Shown: positions 14,176 to 26,911 of the stretch, one piece after another
How the letters are laid out: each line of letters starts with the position of its first letter
Numbering within the stretch: the stretch's first letter is position 1
Made by a program: the position numbers and the translations under genes
Notes under the pieces: generated by a model
What the model was told of the DNA's origin: nothing
The model's input: only the letters and a program-made list of their open reading frames with translations
Databases searched by the model: none
NCBI RefSeq assembly: GCF_028641065.1
Contig: NC_073386.1
Coordinates: 50,344,001 to 50,408,000, forward strand
Length of the DNA stretch: 64,000 nucleotides
Source: Leucoraja erinacea
Taxonomy: Eukaryota
Direction of reading: 5' to 3'

Positions 14176-15700
14176 CAAGAGAGACAAGAAAGTTTAATCA
14201 TCATATGTAACAATACGGAACAATTAAACTCTCTCTTGTAGCAGCACAAGAGGTTTGTATGTACAGTACTTAATAGATAACATGACAAGTAAACTAGCTC
14301 AAAAAGCTCAATAAATAAAATAACCCAACATATTGCAAAATTAAAGTCCCAAGTGCAACCAAGACAATTCATAGTTTGAAGTTGTGTTAGTGTTTGTAGT
14401 CATAGTCAGAGTCATACAGCACGGAAACAGGCCTTTCGGCTCAACTTGCCTATGCCGAAGAGGCCCCATCTACTCTTGCATTACCCGCCCGCATTTGGCC
14501 CATATCCCTCCAAATATTTCCTATCCATCTATCTGTCCAAATGTTTTTTAAATTTTGTTGTAGTACCTCAACTACCTTCTCTGGCAACTTGTTCCATATC
14601 GCCCTCAGTGTGAAAAAAGTCCCCCTCAGGTTGCAATTAATTCTTTCCCCTCTCACATTAAACTTCTGTTCCCTGGTTCCCAATTCCAATGTGTTCAGTA
14701 GTCTGACGGTTGTTGGGAAGAAGCTGTTCCTGAACCTGGACATCAGGGTTTTCAGACTCATTTTCCTTCATCCTGATGACAGGAGTGAAATGAGAGCATG
14801 GCCAAGGTGGTGTGCATCCTTGATGATGTTGGCTGCAATTTTGAGGCAGCACCTCCTAAGGATCTCTTCGATGGTGGGAAGTTGTGATGGACTGTGCACT
14901 GTCCACCACTTTTTGTGATCTCCTTCAATCCTAGGCATTCAAGTTGCCGAACCAGGCCGTGATGTAACCAGTCAATATGCTTTTCACTGTACACCTGTTA
15001 GTGTTCGAGATAATTTGTCGATGTATCGAATCTCCCCAATTTTCTAAAGAAGTAGAGGCATTGATGGGCTTCTTCATGTTTGCATCAATATGCTGGGCTC
15101 ATTACAAAATTTCAGAAATATGCACGCCAAGGAACTTGAAGCTGTTGACTCTCTTGACGAAGACAGGTTTGTGGCTCTTCAGTCTTCCCCTTCTAAAGTC
15201 AATAATCAGCTCGTTGATCTTACTGGCGCTAAACATTGTACTGGCACCATTCAATCAGACATCGATCTCCTCCCTGTAGAATGACTCATCATTATCTGTA
15301 ATTCATGCAAGAACCATGGTGTCATCTGCAAATTTAAAGATGGGGTCGCAATAGACAAATAGTGTCTATAGGTTCTTGCTGAGGTTGGAGTGGATATGTG
15401 CCATAACTAACCTCTCAAAACACTCCATCACCATGGACATTAGTGCCACTGGTCAGTAGTTATTGAAGCAGGTCATCTTACACTTTTTGGACATTGGTAT
15501 TATTGAAGTCCTATTAAAACAGGTGCTAACCTCAGACCTCAGTTATGAGGCTAAAAATGCCCATAAAAACTTCAGCCAGTTTGTTCACACAGATTTGGAA
15601 AACCTGACCAGCTAAACCATCGTCCAGATGCTTTCAGAGGGTTCACTCTATCAAAGGATCTTCTGATATCAGACTTGGTGACTGAGATTGCAATACCATT
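14176..15700 (-). mobile_element. Degenerate Rex1-like LINE with nested CR1 3' fragment (~14400-14690)
   Basis: SRFRNSFFPTTVRLLN joined to WNKLPEKVVE; RT remnant near 15320. Confidence 0.65.
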
Positions 15701-16172
15701 GGGGGGGGGGGGGGGGGGGGCTATGGGGTCCCCAAGAATATAACTACTTTCCAATTTAATTCACCCCCCCCCCCATCAAAACCCTCTCTCTATTGCTATC
15801 AATATCAGTGCCATTAACGCCTTTTGTTTTACAGTAGATTCCTGAATTATGCAAGGAAATAGACCTAGTTTCTTACAGTAATCAGATTCCATCTGCAAAT
15901 GACAGCGTGTCCAAGAAACAGTTTATTGACCTGTGCCAATTCCGTTGAGAGTATATTACTGAGAAATGTACATAATGCACCTGGCAATGTCAGTCGTGCT
16001 GCAAATTAATATGCAGCATGTCATAGTGGAGGCTGTCAAAGCAAAGGAGTGAAGAACAATTTCTCATTATTCAATAGGATAACAGTGTGATATGCAACAT
16101 TGTGCTGTGCCACCTAAAGAATATGCTTTAGCTAAAACTTATTTCTATACCAAATAAGTATTTCCCTCTTAC

Positions 16173-16289
16173 CCTTATGGAACTCAGGAACATAACGATA
16201 ACCATGCTGGCCACGATGAGTCAAGAAATTGGCAAGGTTTCCACTTATTGCTATTGCAAAAACTAGAGTGGCACAGATCCAAAAGGGAC
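16173..16289 (-). CDS. YIPF1: YIPF1 coding exon 5 (GPFWICATLVFAIAISGNL...VPEFHK)
   Basis: 117 nt, AG/GT flanked, phase 1-1. Confidence 0.95.
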
Positions 16290-16404
16290 CTGAAAACAAC
16301 AAATGTTCAAAAATAGTCTTACTTTCTTCTAAATAATAATTAACACTAACACATCTGTAGATTCAAATATGGCCTTGCATCTTCATAAATATTACAGAAC
16401 AATT

Positions 16405-17190
16405 ATTCAGACACAAGGAACTGCAGATGCTGCAATCGTGAGTGAAACAAAGTGCTGGAGTAATTCAGTGGGTCAGGCATCATCTCTGGAGGAAAGGTCT
16501 GGCAAGTGATAGGGGTTGGAGTGCCAAATGGGTGGAGTAAGTGACAAAGGCTAGAGAGAAAAAAAAGAAACAAAGGGATGTCAGATAAGGAGAGTAAAGG
16601 AGTGAAATGTAAAACCAGGGGAAAGAATACAAGAGGGGACAGGGAGAGAAAGAGGGGGGAGAGGAGTGGGATAGTGGGGAAAAAGGGGGCCAGGGTGTTA
16701 CTTAAAATTTGAGAATTCAATGGTCATCCCATTGGGTTGTAAGTTACCCAAGTTTGCCTGTGACCTCACTCTAGCAATGGAGGAGGCCAAAGACACAGGT
16801 CAATATGGGAATGTGAAGGGGAATGTGAATGGCACCAGGAGATCCAGCAGACCTTGGTGGACCAAGCACAAGTGTTCGGCGAAACAGTAGCCTAGTCTAG
16901 ACTTGGTCTCTCTGAAGTAAAGGAGGCAACATCGGAGCACCAAATGCAATAGATGAGGTTAGAAGAGATGCATGTGAACTCGTTTCATCTGGAAGGGCTG
17001 CTGGGGTCTATGGAAGAGGGTGAAATACAACATGAAATACAACATATATATCTCCTGTGGTTGCAGGAGAAAGTAGCTGGGGAGGAGGCAATTTGGGCGG
17101 GAAGGGATGAGTGAACCAAGATGTGACTGGGGGGTAGGATCACGTTGAAAGTGGCCAAAATGCCAGAGAATTAAGTTTTCGATGTGGAGG
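16405..17190 (-). mobile_element. Old Penelope-like 3' fragment
   Basis: Diverged match to the endonuclease region and terminal repeat of the young copy at 37000-37705; another plus-strand remnant at ~18095-18670. Confidence 0.65.
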
Positions 17191-18890
17191 CTGGCAAGAT
17201 AAGATTAAGGAGAATCCAAAGATATTTTGAGTTTATTGGGAAAGAGTAATTATAGGGTTCCTCAGAAACCAAAGACACGAATACTAGGGAACGTGGAAAG
17301 TTAATAACGATGTCTTAAGCATAGTCCTTATCATCATTGAGGAAGTGCTGAATGTGCTTTTCCTAATCTCTTACCTCGACAGAGATGCGATTTTTTCCCA
17401 TATCGTACCTCTGTCTGCACTGCGGCCTAACATCGAGTATTTGGCGGCCTTTGCTGGAGACAGATTTCGAGAGCTACACTGTGGGTGCCTATGGGACTTT
17501 AACATCGCGGAGCCTGCGATCCCTTTGCCAGGGATCGACCTCAGAGCTACAACCGTGAGTGCTTGCGGACTTTAACATCACGGAACCCGTAGTCTCTGGT
17601 TAACTCCAAGCCGCGGGAGTTTCGACCGCCCCAAGAATAAAGAGGAAGAAGTTTGGACTTTTTTGCGGTCCATCACAGTGAGGAATCCCTGTGGTGGATG
17701 TTTATGTTAACTTTTGTGTAGTTGTGCGGCTTGTTGCTTTTTTTTTTCGTATGGCTATATGGTAATTTGCATATCACTGTACCTTAATTGGTACATGTGA
17801 CAATAAAATACCTTTGAAACCTTGGTTAGGGATAGTCAGCATGGTTTTGTGTCACGGATTTGATTGTTGTTTTGAAAAAGTAAGTTGATATGGGCAAGGC
17901 CATCGACATAATCAACATGGACTTCAGCAAGGCCCTTAATAAGGAACTGCATCGTAATTTAGGTTACATGGGATCCAGAGAGAAGTAGCTAACTGGAAAC
18001 AAAATTTGCTTAATGGTTAGAAGGAGAGGATTGTTGTGTTTAGTTGTTTCCAAGACTGAGTGGTGACGAATGGTGTGCCTAAGGGAGGGATAACCCTCTA
18101 TTGCCAGACTCTGAAGTCATGTGCAAACTGGAAGACCAGCACCTCATGTTTTGTTTGGATAGCCTACAGTCCAATGGTATGAATATTGAGTTCCCCAATT
18201 TCAAGTAATACACCCATATTCTCATCACCCTGAAACCCCCCATCCAACCCTCACCCTGGTGTGCATTTTTCCCCAAGTATCTCCCACAACCCTGCTCCTT
18301 TCAACCTCCTTTGTATGCTCATCTCCCATTCCCATGTTCCAGTTTCCTTTTCATCCCCCTTCTTATCCACCCACTCCCACCCATATCCCTTCCTCTGGCT
18401 TTCCACTTCACTCCACCTCTTCCCCTTTCTGGCATCCTTTTGCTCTTCACATAGACTTTATCACTTACTCCACCTATCTGCTAATCAACCCTCCCGCAAC
18501 TGTGTCCACCTAACATTTGCCAGACTTTGTCCAACCCAACCTCTTTTTTCCCCCAGTTTTCTCTCCCCTAATTCAATCAGACCAAACAAAGATCCGAATC
18601 CAAACAGTCGCCTGTCCATTTCCGCCACAGATGCTGTCTGATCTACTGAGTTCATCAGCACTTCGTTTTGTTTTTTTTTTACTCAGGGCGCTAGGAGAAT
18701 TCTTGTTTTTACTTTTGAGAATTGCATCCTTGCTTCCAGGTTTCAATTTTATTTCCATAAGGTACAGTATGCAAATTATTTTTTTCCAAATACTTTATTT
18801 CAGTCAAAAACAGTGATTTTTAAATAATGTATATTAATATGGGTGGATGTGTACAATTTAAAAAGGAAAAAATATATATATTTGCGTTTA

Positions 18891-19031
<141 letters not shown>

Positions 19032-19591
19032 CTATTAGGCAGAGAAGAAAATTAAATATCAATTTAAATATTGTTCTATATCAAAATGCTCAACATTTAA
19101 ATGTATTAGCAAGATCTAAAACAAATCTGATTCCTCAAATGCTGAGATAGATTACTTCAGGCACAATGGAAACTGGGTTATCAGGTTTGAATATAGCAGC
19201 TTGTGCATTCCTTATCAATGAGTATTTGAACATTCATGTTGCCTGCAAGAGATTTAAAAAAGGACAAGGTTCGGATATCTGTGATGTGCAAATTTCTGCT
19301 GTGACTTACTTCTATAAATCTCAAATAAGGAATGGTAATTTAGGATGTTGGAGTTTTGGGTAGGCATATCAGAAAATTGGCATCCCATAGAAGCAAACCA
19401 TAATGCAAGTCAATATTAGAATAAAAATAGAAAGGGTAGATTAAAAATATATAATATTAAATGCACTTGCCAGGCTTTCGCGAGCCCACCTCCCTTCCAG
19501 CTTTGTAAATCAGCATCTGCACTTCCTTTTGTCCCTATTACTAAATGTTACTGTTTTTATTACTGTAGAAGGAAGTAAATTCTGTACTCAC

Positions 19592-19672
19592 CTGAAAGGT
19601 GTCAACATCAAAAAATGTTTGATAATATTCAAAAGTCCAAAAGGGAGCACTCTTCTTTTGTCCTGCAAGTAA
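19592..19672 (-). CDS. YIPF1: YIPF1 coding exon 3 (LLAGQKKSAPFWTFEYYQTFFDVDTFQ)
   Basis: 81 nt, phase 0-0, AG/GT flanked. Confidence 0.95.
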
Positions 19673-20943
19673 CTAAGGAGAACAAATGTTAACCATAAAC
19701 TTGATTAAAAATATTCTAATTGTTATTGGCCGTGTGCGCGACTTTGGCACCTTTGAGCGGGGAGGGGTGCAGGATTAAAATGCCGTTATCTCCTGCCTGT
19801 CGGAGTCGAACTTTCTCAGGCTGCTAAGCTGCTGCAGAAAAATCGCTCCGACATCCGTTCTCGGAAGTTTAAAAAAAAAGCTAGACAATTTATTTGTTGG
19901 AGTAAAATAAAAATCTACTTCTAACGCCGTCAACGGGACGGATCTCACGTAGGGGGCAAAACGTAAGGCAAGTCGTTTATTTTACATATAAACTTGCTTC
20001 TTAGGATTACTTTCATCCAAATTTCATCGGCGAAAATGTGATTATGGCCTCATACGAACCGGCAGTGTTTTTCCTGCCGATATGCGGTTCAAATTCACTG
20101 CAACCGCAACGTTCCAATCGATCGCGTTCCACAAAATCTCACTCGCAAGATGATTTAAATGCTCATTAATTTACGGGAATTAAACACTAAATTCCTTCCA
20201 TTGGGCCTATAAATTCATGAGAATGAGATTTAAAAATCATGTTATATTGTGAATTCTTGTGTGAATGTTATTCGGACAGGCTATTTAAAAATGTTAACCT
20301 TTTAAGAAAAGGATAGATGTTTAGATCTAGTAATTTAATTTTGTAATTAGCTACAATTAGGTAACTAACTAACTAATTATATGCTTTAATTTCAGGTCAT
20401 CCAAGTAAGATTGTTTCATATTTGTTTCAGAATGTTTCAATCTATAATAACTGAAAATTTCATTCAGTTCTCTTAATTCTTAAGAAAGTTATGGGCTTTT
20501 GACTGTCTTCGATCACAGCTTTTGAGTTAAGTCAATGGAAAAGCAATAGGGAACAAGATGCTAATTTCAGAGTATGAAAATGGCCGTAGCTTTTTTAATA
20601 CTGAAGATATGAAAGTGAATTAGGTGTCAAATTAAACTTATTTTTACGCTTTATCTAATGGGATAAATTGCAGAATCTCAACATGTTCTTAAAATCTCAA
20701 AATGTTGTAACATTGCTACAATATTACAATCTTCCTATATTTTTCCTACTTAAACAAACAAACAGATCCACCACATTTTTGCAGTGTAACAATACAGAAA
20801 AGAACACCAAGAACCAAATGAAGAGGTAAACCGTTGGAAGATCACAAATGTTTCAAAGCAATTAGATGCTTTTCCAGAATGGAATTTCACTGAAGATTTG
20901 ATTGTTAAGACTGTAATAGTTAATAATGTAATCCCCATTACTA

Positions 20944-22592
20944 GTCATGGAGTGATACTGTGTAGAAACAGTCTCTTCGGCCCAACTTGCCCACACCGAC
21001 CAACAATGTCCCAGCTACACTAGTCCCACTTGCCTGTGCTTGGTCCAGATCCCTCCAAACCTGTTCTATCCATGCACCTGTCTAACTGTTACTTAAATGA
21101 TGCGATAGTCCCAGCCTCAACTACCTCCTCTGGCAGCTTGTTCCATACACCCACCACCCTTTGTGTGAAAAAGTCACCCCCTCAGATTCCTATTAAATCT
21201 TTTCCCCATTACCCTGAACCTATGCCCTCTGGTCCCCGATTCCCCTACTCTGGGCAAGAGACTCCGTGCATATACCCAATCTATTCCTCTCATGATTTTG
21301 CATACCTCTATAAGATTACTCCTCATCCTCCTGCGCTCCATGGAATAGACCCAGCTTGCACCCTCTAGTCCTGGCAACATCTTCGTAAATCTTTTCTGAA
21401 TCCTTTCAAGCTTGACAATATCTTTCCTATAACATGGTGCACAAAACTGAACACAATATTCTAAATGCTATCTCACCAACGTCTTATACAACTGCAACAT
21501 GACCTCCAAACTTCTATACTCAATACTCCGACTGATGAAGGCCAAAGCCTTATCCATCTGCGACTCGACCTTCAAGGAACCATGCACTTGTACTCCTAGA
21601 ACCCTCTGCTCTACAACACTACCCAGAGGCCTACCATGTATTGAGCAGGTCCTGCCCTTCTACGACGTCCAAAAATACAATACCTCATACTTTTTTGTTT
21701 TAAATTCCATCAACCGTTCCTCCATCCACATGGCCAATCGATCCAGATCGTGCTGCAATCTTTCACAACCATCTTCACTATCTGCAAAACCACTCACTTT
21801 TGTATCATCAGAAAACTTGCTAACCTTGCCCTGTATGTTCTCATCCAAATCATTGATGTAGATGGCAAATAGTAGCTGGCCCGCCCAGCACCGAACCCCG
21901 AGGCACACCACTAGTCACAGGTCTCCAGTCCAAGAAGCAACCTTCCACCATCACCCTCTGCTTCCTTCCATGAAGCCAATTTGCTATCCATTCAGCTATC
22001 TCTCCTAGGATCCCATGCGATCTAACCTTCCAGAGCAGCCTACCATGCGAAACCTTGTCGAATGCCTACTGAAATTCATGTACACATCTACAACTCTGCC
22101 CTCATCGACCTTTTTGGTCACGTCTTCAAAAAAAATCAATCAGATTTGTGAGACATGACCTCCCACAAACAAAACCATGCTGACTATCCCTAATCAGCCC
22201 ATGCCCATCCAAATGCCTGCATAACCTATCCCTCAGAAGACTCTCTAGTAACTTTCCAACTACAGATGTTAAGCTCACCGACCTAGTTCCCAGCATTTTC
22301 CCTGCAGCCCTTCTTGAAAAGAGGCACATTTGCCACCCTCCTGTCTTCTGGCACCTCACCTGTATGTAAGGACAAATCGTAAATTTCAACCAAGGCTCCC
22401 AGATATCTGATCAGGCTCTGGAGATTTGTCCACCTTCATACACGACAGTACCTTCAGTACTTCTTCGATGGTAACACTGACTGCTCTCAAGCCATTTCCA
22501 TTGACTGCCCCAAGTTCCTCAGTCCTACGGTCTTTCTCCTCGGTAAATACAGAGGAGAAATAATCATTGAGGACCTTGCCATCTCCTGTGGC
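20944..22592 (-). mobile_element. CR1-type LINE, decayed RT and 3' end
   Basis: SLTSVVGKLLES, SQHGFVCGRSCLTNL, YINDLD..VSKFSDDTK; frameshifted. Confidence 0.9.
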
Positions 22593-22704
22593 TAATATTT
22601 TACATATTATTGAAATATCATAATTATATACTTTTTTTATGGCAGGGGTGGGGGAGTAACATAAATTGATCGTATTGCTCAATTCCCATTACAAAATTGC
22701 TTAC

Positions 22705-22869
22705 CTCAGCCTTTGTCAGAGTCTTCGTTTCCCAGCAAATCTTCATCCTCATCTCTTCCTACCCCAGCTGATGGACCTCTCTGATTTTTAGGTTTATCAT
22801 TAGGATCTGTGATGCTTATTGTCGTGGCATCAGGATTTGCTGCCAACAGGTTTGTAGCATCATCAAACT
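22705..22869 (-). CDS. YIPF1: YIPF1 coding exon 2 (EFDDATNLLAANPDATT...NEDSDK), with an apparent +1 frameshift at its 3' end
   Basis: AG/GT flanked; ANPDATT and LLGN.DSDK match YIPF1; 165 nt where 164 is needed to keep frame. Confidence 0.9.
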
Positions 22870-22995
22870 CTACATTAAACACACATGAAGATAATAGTAT
22901 CAACGTATTATATATAAATCAACTGGACACTCGTGCTGCTGCTGGAAAATTCATTGATATTGATGCTGTATAAATGGATGCTGTTGTGCCAATTA

Positions 22996-24865
22996 ATAGA
23001 CAATAGGTGCGGTAGTAGGCCATTCGGCCCTTCGAGACAGCATCGCCATTCAATGTGATCATGGCTGATCATCCCCAATCAGTACCCCGTTCCTGCCTTC
23101 TCCCCATATCCCCTGACTCTGCTATTTTTACGAGTCCTATCTAGCTCTCTGTTGAAAGCATCCAGAGAACCTGCCTCCACCACCCTCTGAGGCAGAGAAT
23201 TCCACAGACTCAGCACTCTCTGTGAGAATAAGTGTTTCCTCATCTCTATTCTAAATGGCCTACTCCTTATTCTTAAACTATGGCCCTTGGTTCTGGACTC
23301 CCCCAACATCGGGAACATGTTTCCTGCCTCTAACGTGTCTAAGCCCTTAACAATCTTATATGTTTCAATGAGGAACCCTCTCATCCTTCTAAACTCCAGA
23401 GTGTACAAGCCCAGCTGCTCCATTCTCTCAGCATATGACAGTCCGCCATCCCGGGAATTAACCTTGTAAACCTACGCTGCACTCCCTCAATAACAAGAAT
23501 GTCCTTCCTCAAATTAGGGGACCAAAACTGCACACAATTCTCCAGGTGTGGTCTCACTAGAGCTCTTTACAACGGCAGAAGGACCTCTTTGCTCCTATAT
23601 TCAATTCCTCTTGTTATAAAGGCCAACATGCCATTCGCTTTCTTCACTGCCGGCTGTACCTGCTTCCTTACTTTCATAGACTGATGTACAAGGACCCCCA
23701 GATCCCGTTGTACTTCCCCTTTTCCCAACTTGACGCCATTTAGATAGTAATCCGCCTTCCTGTTTTTGCTACCAAAGTGCATAACCTTACATTTATCCGC
23801 ATTAAACTTCATCTGCCAGCATCTGCCCACTCCCCCAACCTGTCCAAGTCACCCTGCATTCTCATAGCATCCTCCTCACAGTTCACACTGCCACCCAGCT
23901 TTGTGTCATCTGCAAATTTGCTGATGTTACTTTGAATCCCTTCATCTAAATCATTGATGTATATTGTAAATAGCTGCGGTCCCAGCACCGAGCCCTGCGG
24001 TACCCCACTAGTCACTGCCTGCCATTCTGAAAGGGACCTGTTAATCCCTACTCTTTGTTTCCTGTCTGCCAACCACTTCTCTATCCATGTCAGAACTCTA
24101 CCCCCAATACCATGTGCCCTAATTTTGGCCACTAATCTCCTATGTGGGATCTTATCAAATGCTTTCTGAAAGTCCAGGTACACTACATCCACTGGCTCTC
24201 CCTTGTCCATTTTCCTAGTTACATCTTCAAAAAATTTAAGCATGATTTCCCCTTCGTTTATCCATGCTGACTCGGACCGATCCTGTTACTGCTATCCAAT
24301 CTTTTATAATTGACTCCAGCATCTTCCCCACCACCGATGTCAGGCTAACTGGTCTATAATTCCCTGTTTTCTGTCTCCCGGCTTTCTTAAAAAGTGGGAT
24401 AACATTAGCTACCCTCCAATCCACAGGAATTGATCCTGAGTCTATAGAACATTGGAAAATTATCACCAATGCATCCACGATTTCCAGAGCTACTTCCTTA
24501 AGTACCCTGGGATGTAGACCATCAGGCCCTGGGAATTTATCAGCCTTCAGTCCCATCAGTCTATCCAACACCATTTCCTGCCTAATGTGGATTTCCTTCA
24601 GTTCCTCTGTCACCCCAGATCCTCTGGCCACTACTATATCAGGAAGATTGTTTGTGTCGTCCTTAGTGCAGACAGATCCAAAGTACCTATTCAACTCATC
24701 TGCCATTTCATTGTTTCCCATAATAAATTCACCTTTTTCGGTCTTCAAGGGTCCAACTTTGGTCTTAACTATTTTTTTCCTCTTCACATACCTAAAGAAG
24801 CTTTTACTATCCTGCTTTATATTCTTGGCGAGCTTACCTTTGTACCTCATCTCTTCTCCCCGTAT
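22996..24865 (-). mobile_element. Young 5'-truncated CR1 LINE
   Basis: GNYRPVSLTSVVGKMLE, YLDFQKAFDK, GVPQGSVLGP, KFADDTKL, C-terminus GYGEKAGTGY*; few frameshifts. Confidence 0.92.
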
Positions 24866-25783
24866 CGTAGCAGATCATTAAATTAATAAAGGGAGCCATG
24901 GGCTATATAAAAATAATTAATTGTGACAGCCATTAATTTATTAAATCTATCTATTCTGTCATTGTTCCTCCCTCAACAAACACAAACTATTTTCATCAGA
25001 TGGCTTCAAGCATTTCGTGCATTTATCAACGTTAAATAATTTCACTCTTTGAAGTAGATATTTTTCAACTTGCTACATCATCTAAATATTGAGTAATTGT
25101 ACAGTATAATAAACTTAAATATGGGTTGCAAATCAGCTCAGAGGAGAGGGAGGGAGAGAAAGCAATAAGTATATAGAGTTTTGAACCAATGAACCAAAAA
25201 TCAAGTGGCCACAAATGGTAACGGTGTGGAAACATCAGGCCAATGTTTGCTTTTAAAAAGGTAGGTATATCTGGATCACTCATGTCACCTGTGGGGTTTT
25301 CCCATGCTAAAATACATTGTGTGGAAGCTCTACACAAGTATTCCGACGCAACAGGGATCCAAAGGACCTAGAGGAAATCAAGACAGTCATTGGGAGAATT
25401 GCAAACCTCTCCACATTAGGGGTCAGAATTGAAGGCCGGTTTCTGAAGCTGGGAGGCACCAGTTCTAATGATTGCACCACCAATGCTCCCCACAAATCGA
25501 GAGCTACTGTGAAAATTGTTCTTTAATACGACTGTGGAATTAACCATTAATTTAAGTTTTCAAAGAGGATGAAGATTGTATTGATGAGATCATCTTTTTA
25601 AGGCGATAAAGGTTTCAACCAATAATACTTCAGAATTAGCAGACAGCAATGTTTTCCAAGAGAAACAATCAAAACGAATTTGATTAATAATTTTACAGAG
25701 TACTTTCAAACCATTTGAGTGGGAACTCAAGAGCTACTGTGCAAATATCACTGTATTAGAAAATAGATCACAAATAAAATTAC

Positions 25784-25814
25784 CTTGAAACTGTAAATCA
25801 TCTGCAGATGCCAT
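25784..25814 (-). CDS. YIPF1: YIPF1 first coding exon (MASADDLQFQ); exon spans 25784-25860
   Basis: ATG at 25814; matches the YIPF1 N-terminus MAAVDDLQF; donor GTAATT; acceptor TTTATAG at 25861. Confidence 0.9.
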
Positions 25815-26911
25815 TTGCTTGATTGTAAGAGCTGTCAATTTATGAACAGATCTTTAGTTTCTATAAAATAAAACTGCTGTCATATAAGAAATAGATTCAG
25901 CTTTCTGAGAGTAGATGCTTCATTCAAATTAAGGCTTTGCCACAAAGCAATGTATTTACATCAAAACAAAACACAAACCGCTGGAGGAATTCAGTGGTCC
26001 GGCAGTGTCTGCAGGGGGAATGGACAGATGACATTTCGGGTCAGGATACTTCTTCAGTTATTCACTTCAATACAATTACAATGTTTCAACAGCAATTGTT
26101 CAAAGGAAAAATCACTAAAGTTAATATAAAAAATTAACTGTGATATAAATTAGTACGAGACACTTGTGTTTTAATGTTAACACCATGAACACCACCCCAG
26201 TCCACTGTCCCACCCTGTCTGAAGTCCTCCACCATAGTCCCCTTGCCCAAAAAAACCAACATCTCCAGCCTCAACGACTACCGGCCAGTCGCACTCACAC
26301 CAGTGGTGATGAAGTGTTTTGAAAAACTGGTCCGGGGTCATATCACATCACTTCTGCCCCGAAGCTTTGACCCCCACCAGTTTGCGTACAGAGCAAATAG
26401 ATCTACAGAGGACGCTGTAGCCACAGCTCTCCATGCTGCACTGTCTCACCTGGAGCAGCGGGGAAGCTACGTGCGGATGCTCTTTGTGGACTACAGCTCT
26501 GCTTTTAATACCATCCTTCCCCACAAACTGGTGGACAAACTGGGGGACTTGCACACTCCACCTGTACGTGGATAAATAGCTTCCTGTCGGGTCGCAGCCA
26601 GAGAGTCAGAGTGGGCCATCATACATCCACGGCCCTCAGCCTCAGTACCGGCTCTCCACAGGGCTGCGTACTGAGCCCCCTGCTCTACACCATCTACACA
26701 CATGACTGCACCCCCGCCCACCACAGCAACACCATTGTCAAATTTGCGGATGACACTACGGTGGTGGGACTCATCTCCGGGGGGGACGAGTACGCCTACC
26801 GGGATGAGGTGGAGCAGCAGACAGTGTGGTGTGAAGAAAATAACCTGCTCCTCAACACCTTAAAGACAAAGGAAGTAATAATAGACTTCAGGAAGAACAA
26901 AACGGACATGG

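Noticed and set aside
15701-15720. Long poly-G runs (also 51857-51950 and poly-C near 5200)
   Set aside because: Simple homopolymers within or beside repeats; lengths are unreliable and there is no evidence of function.
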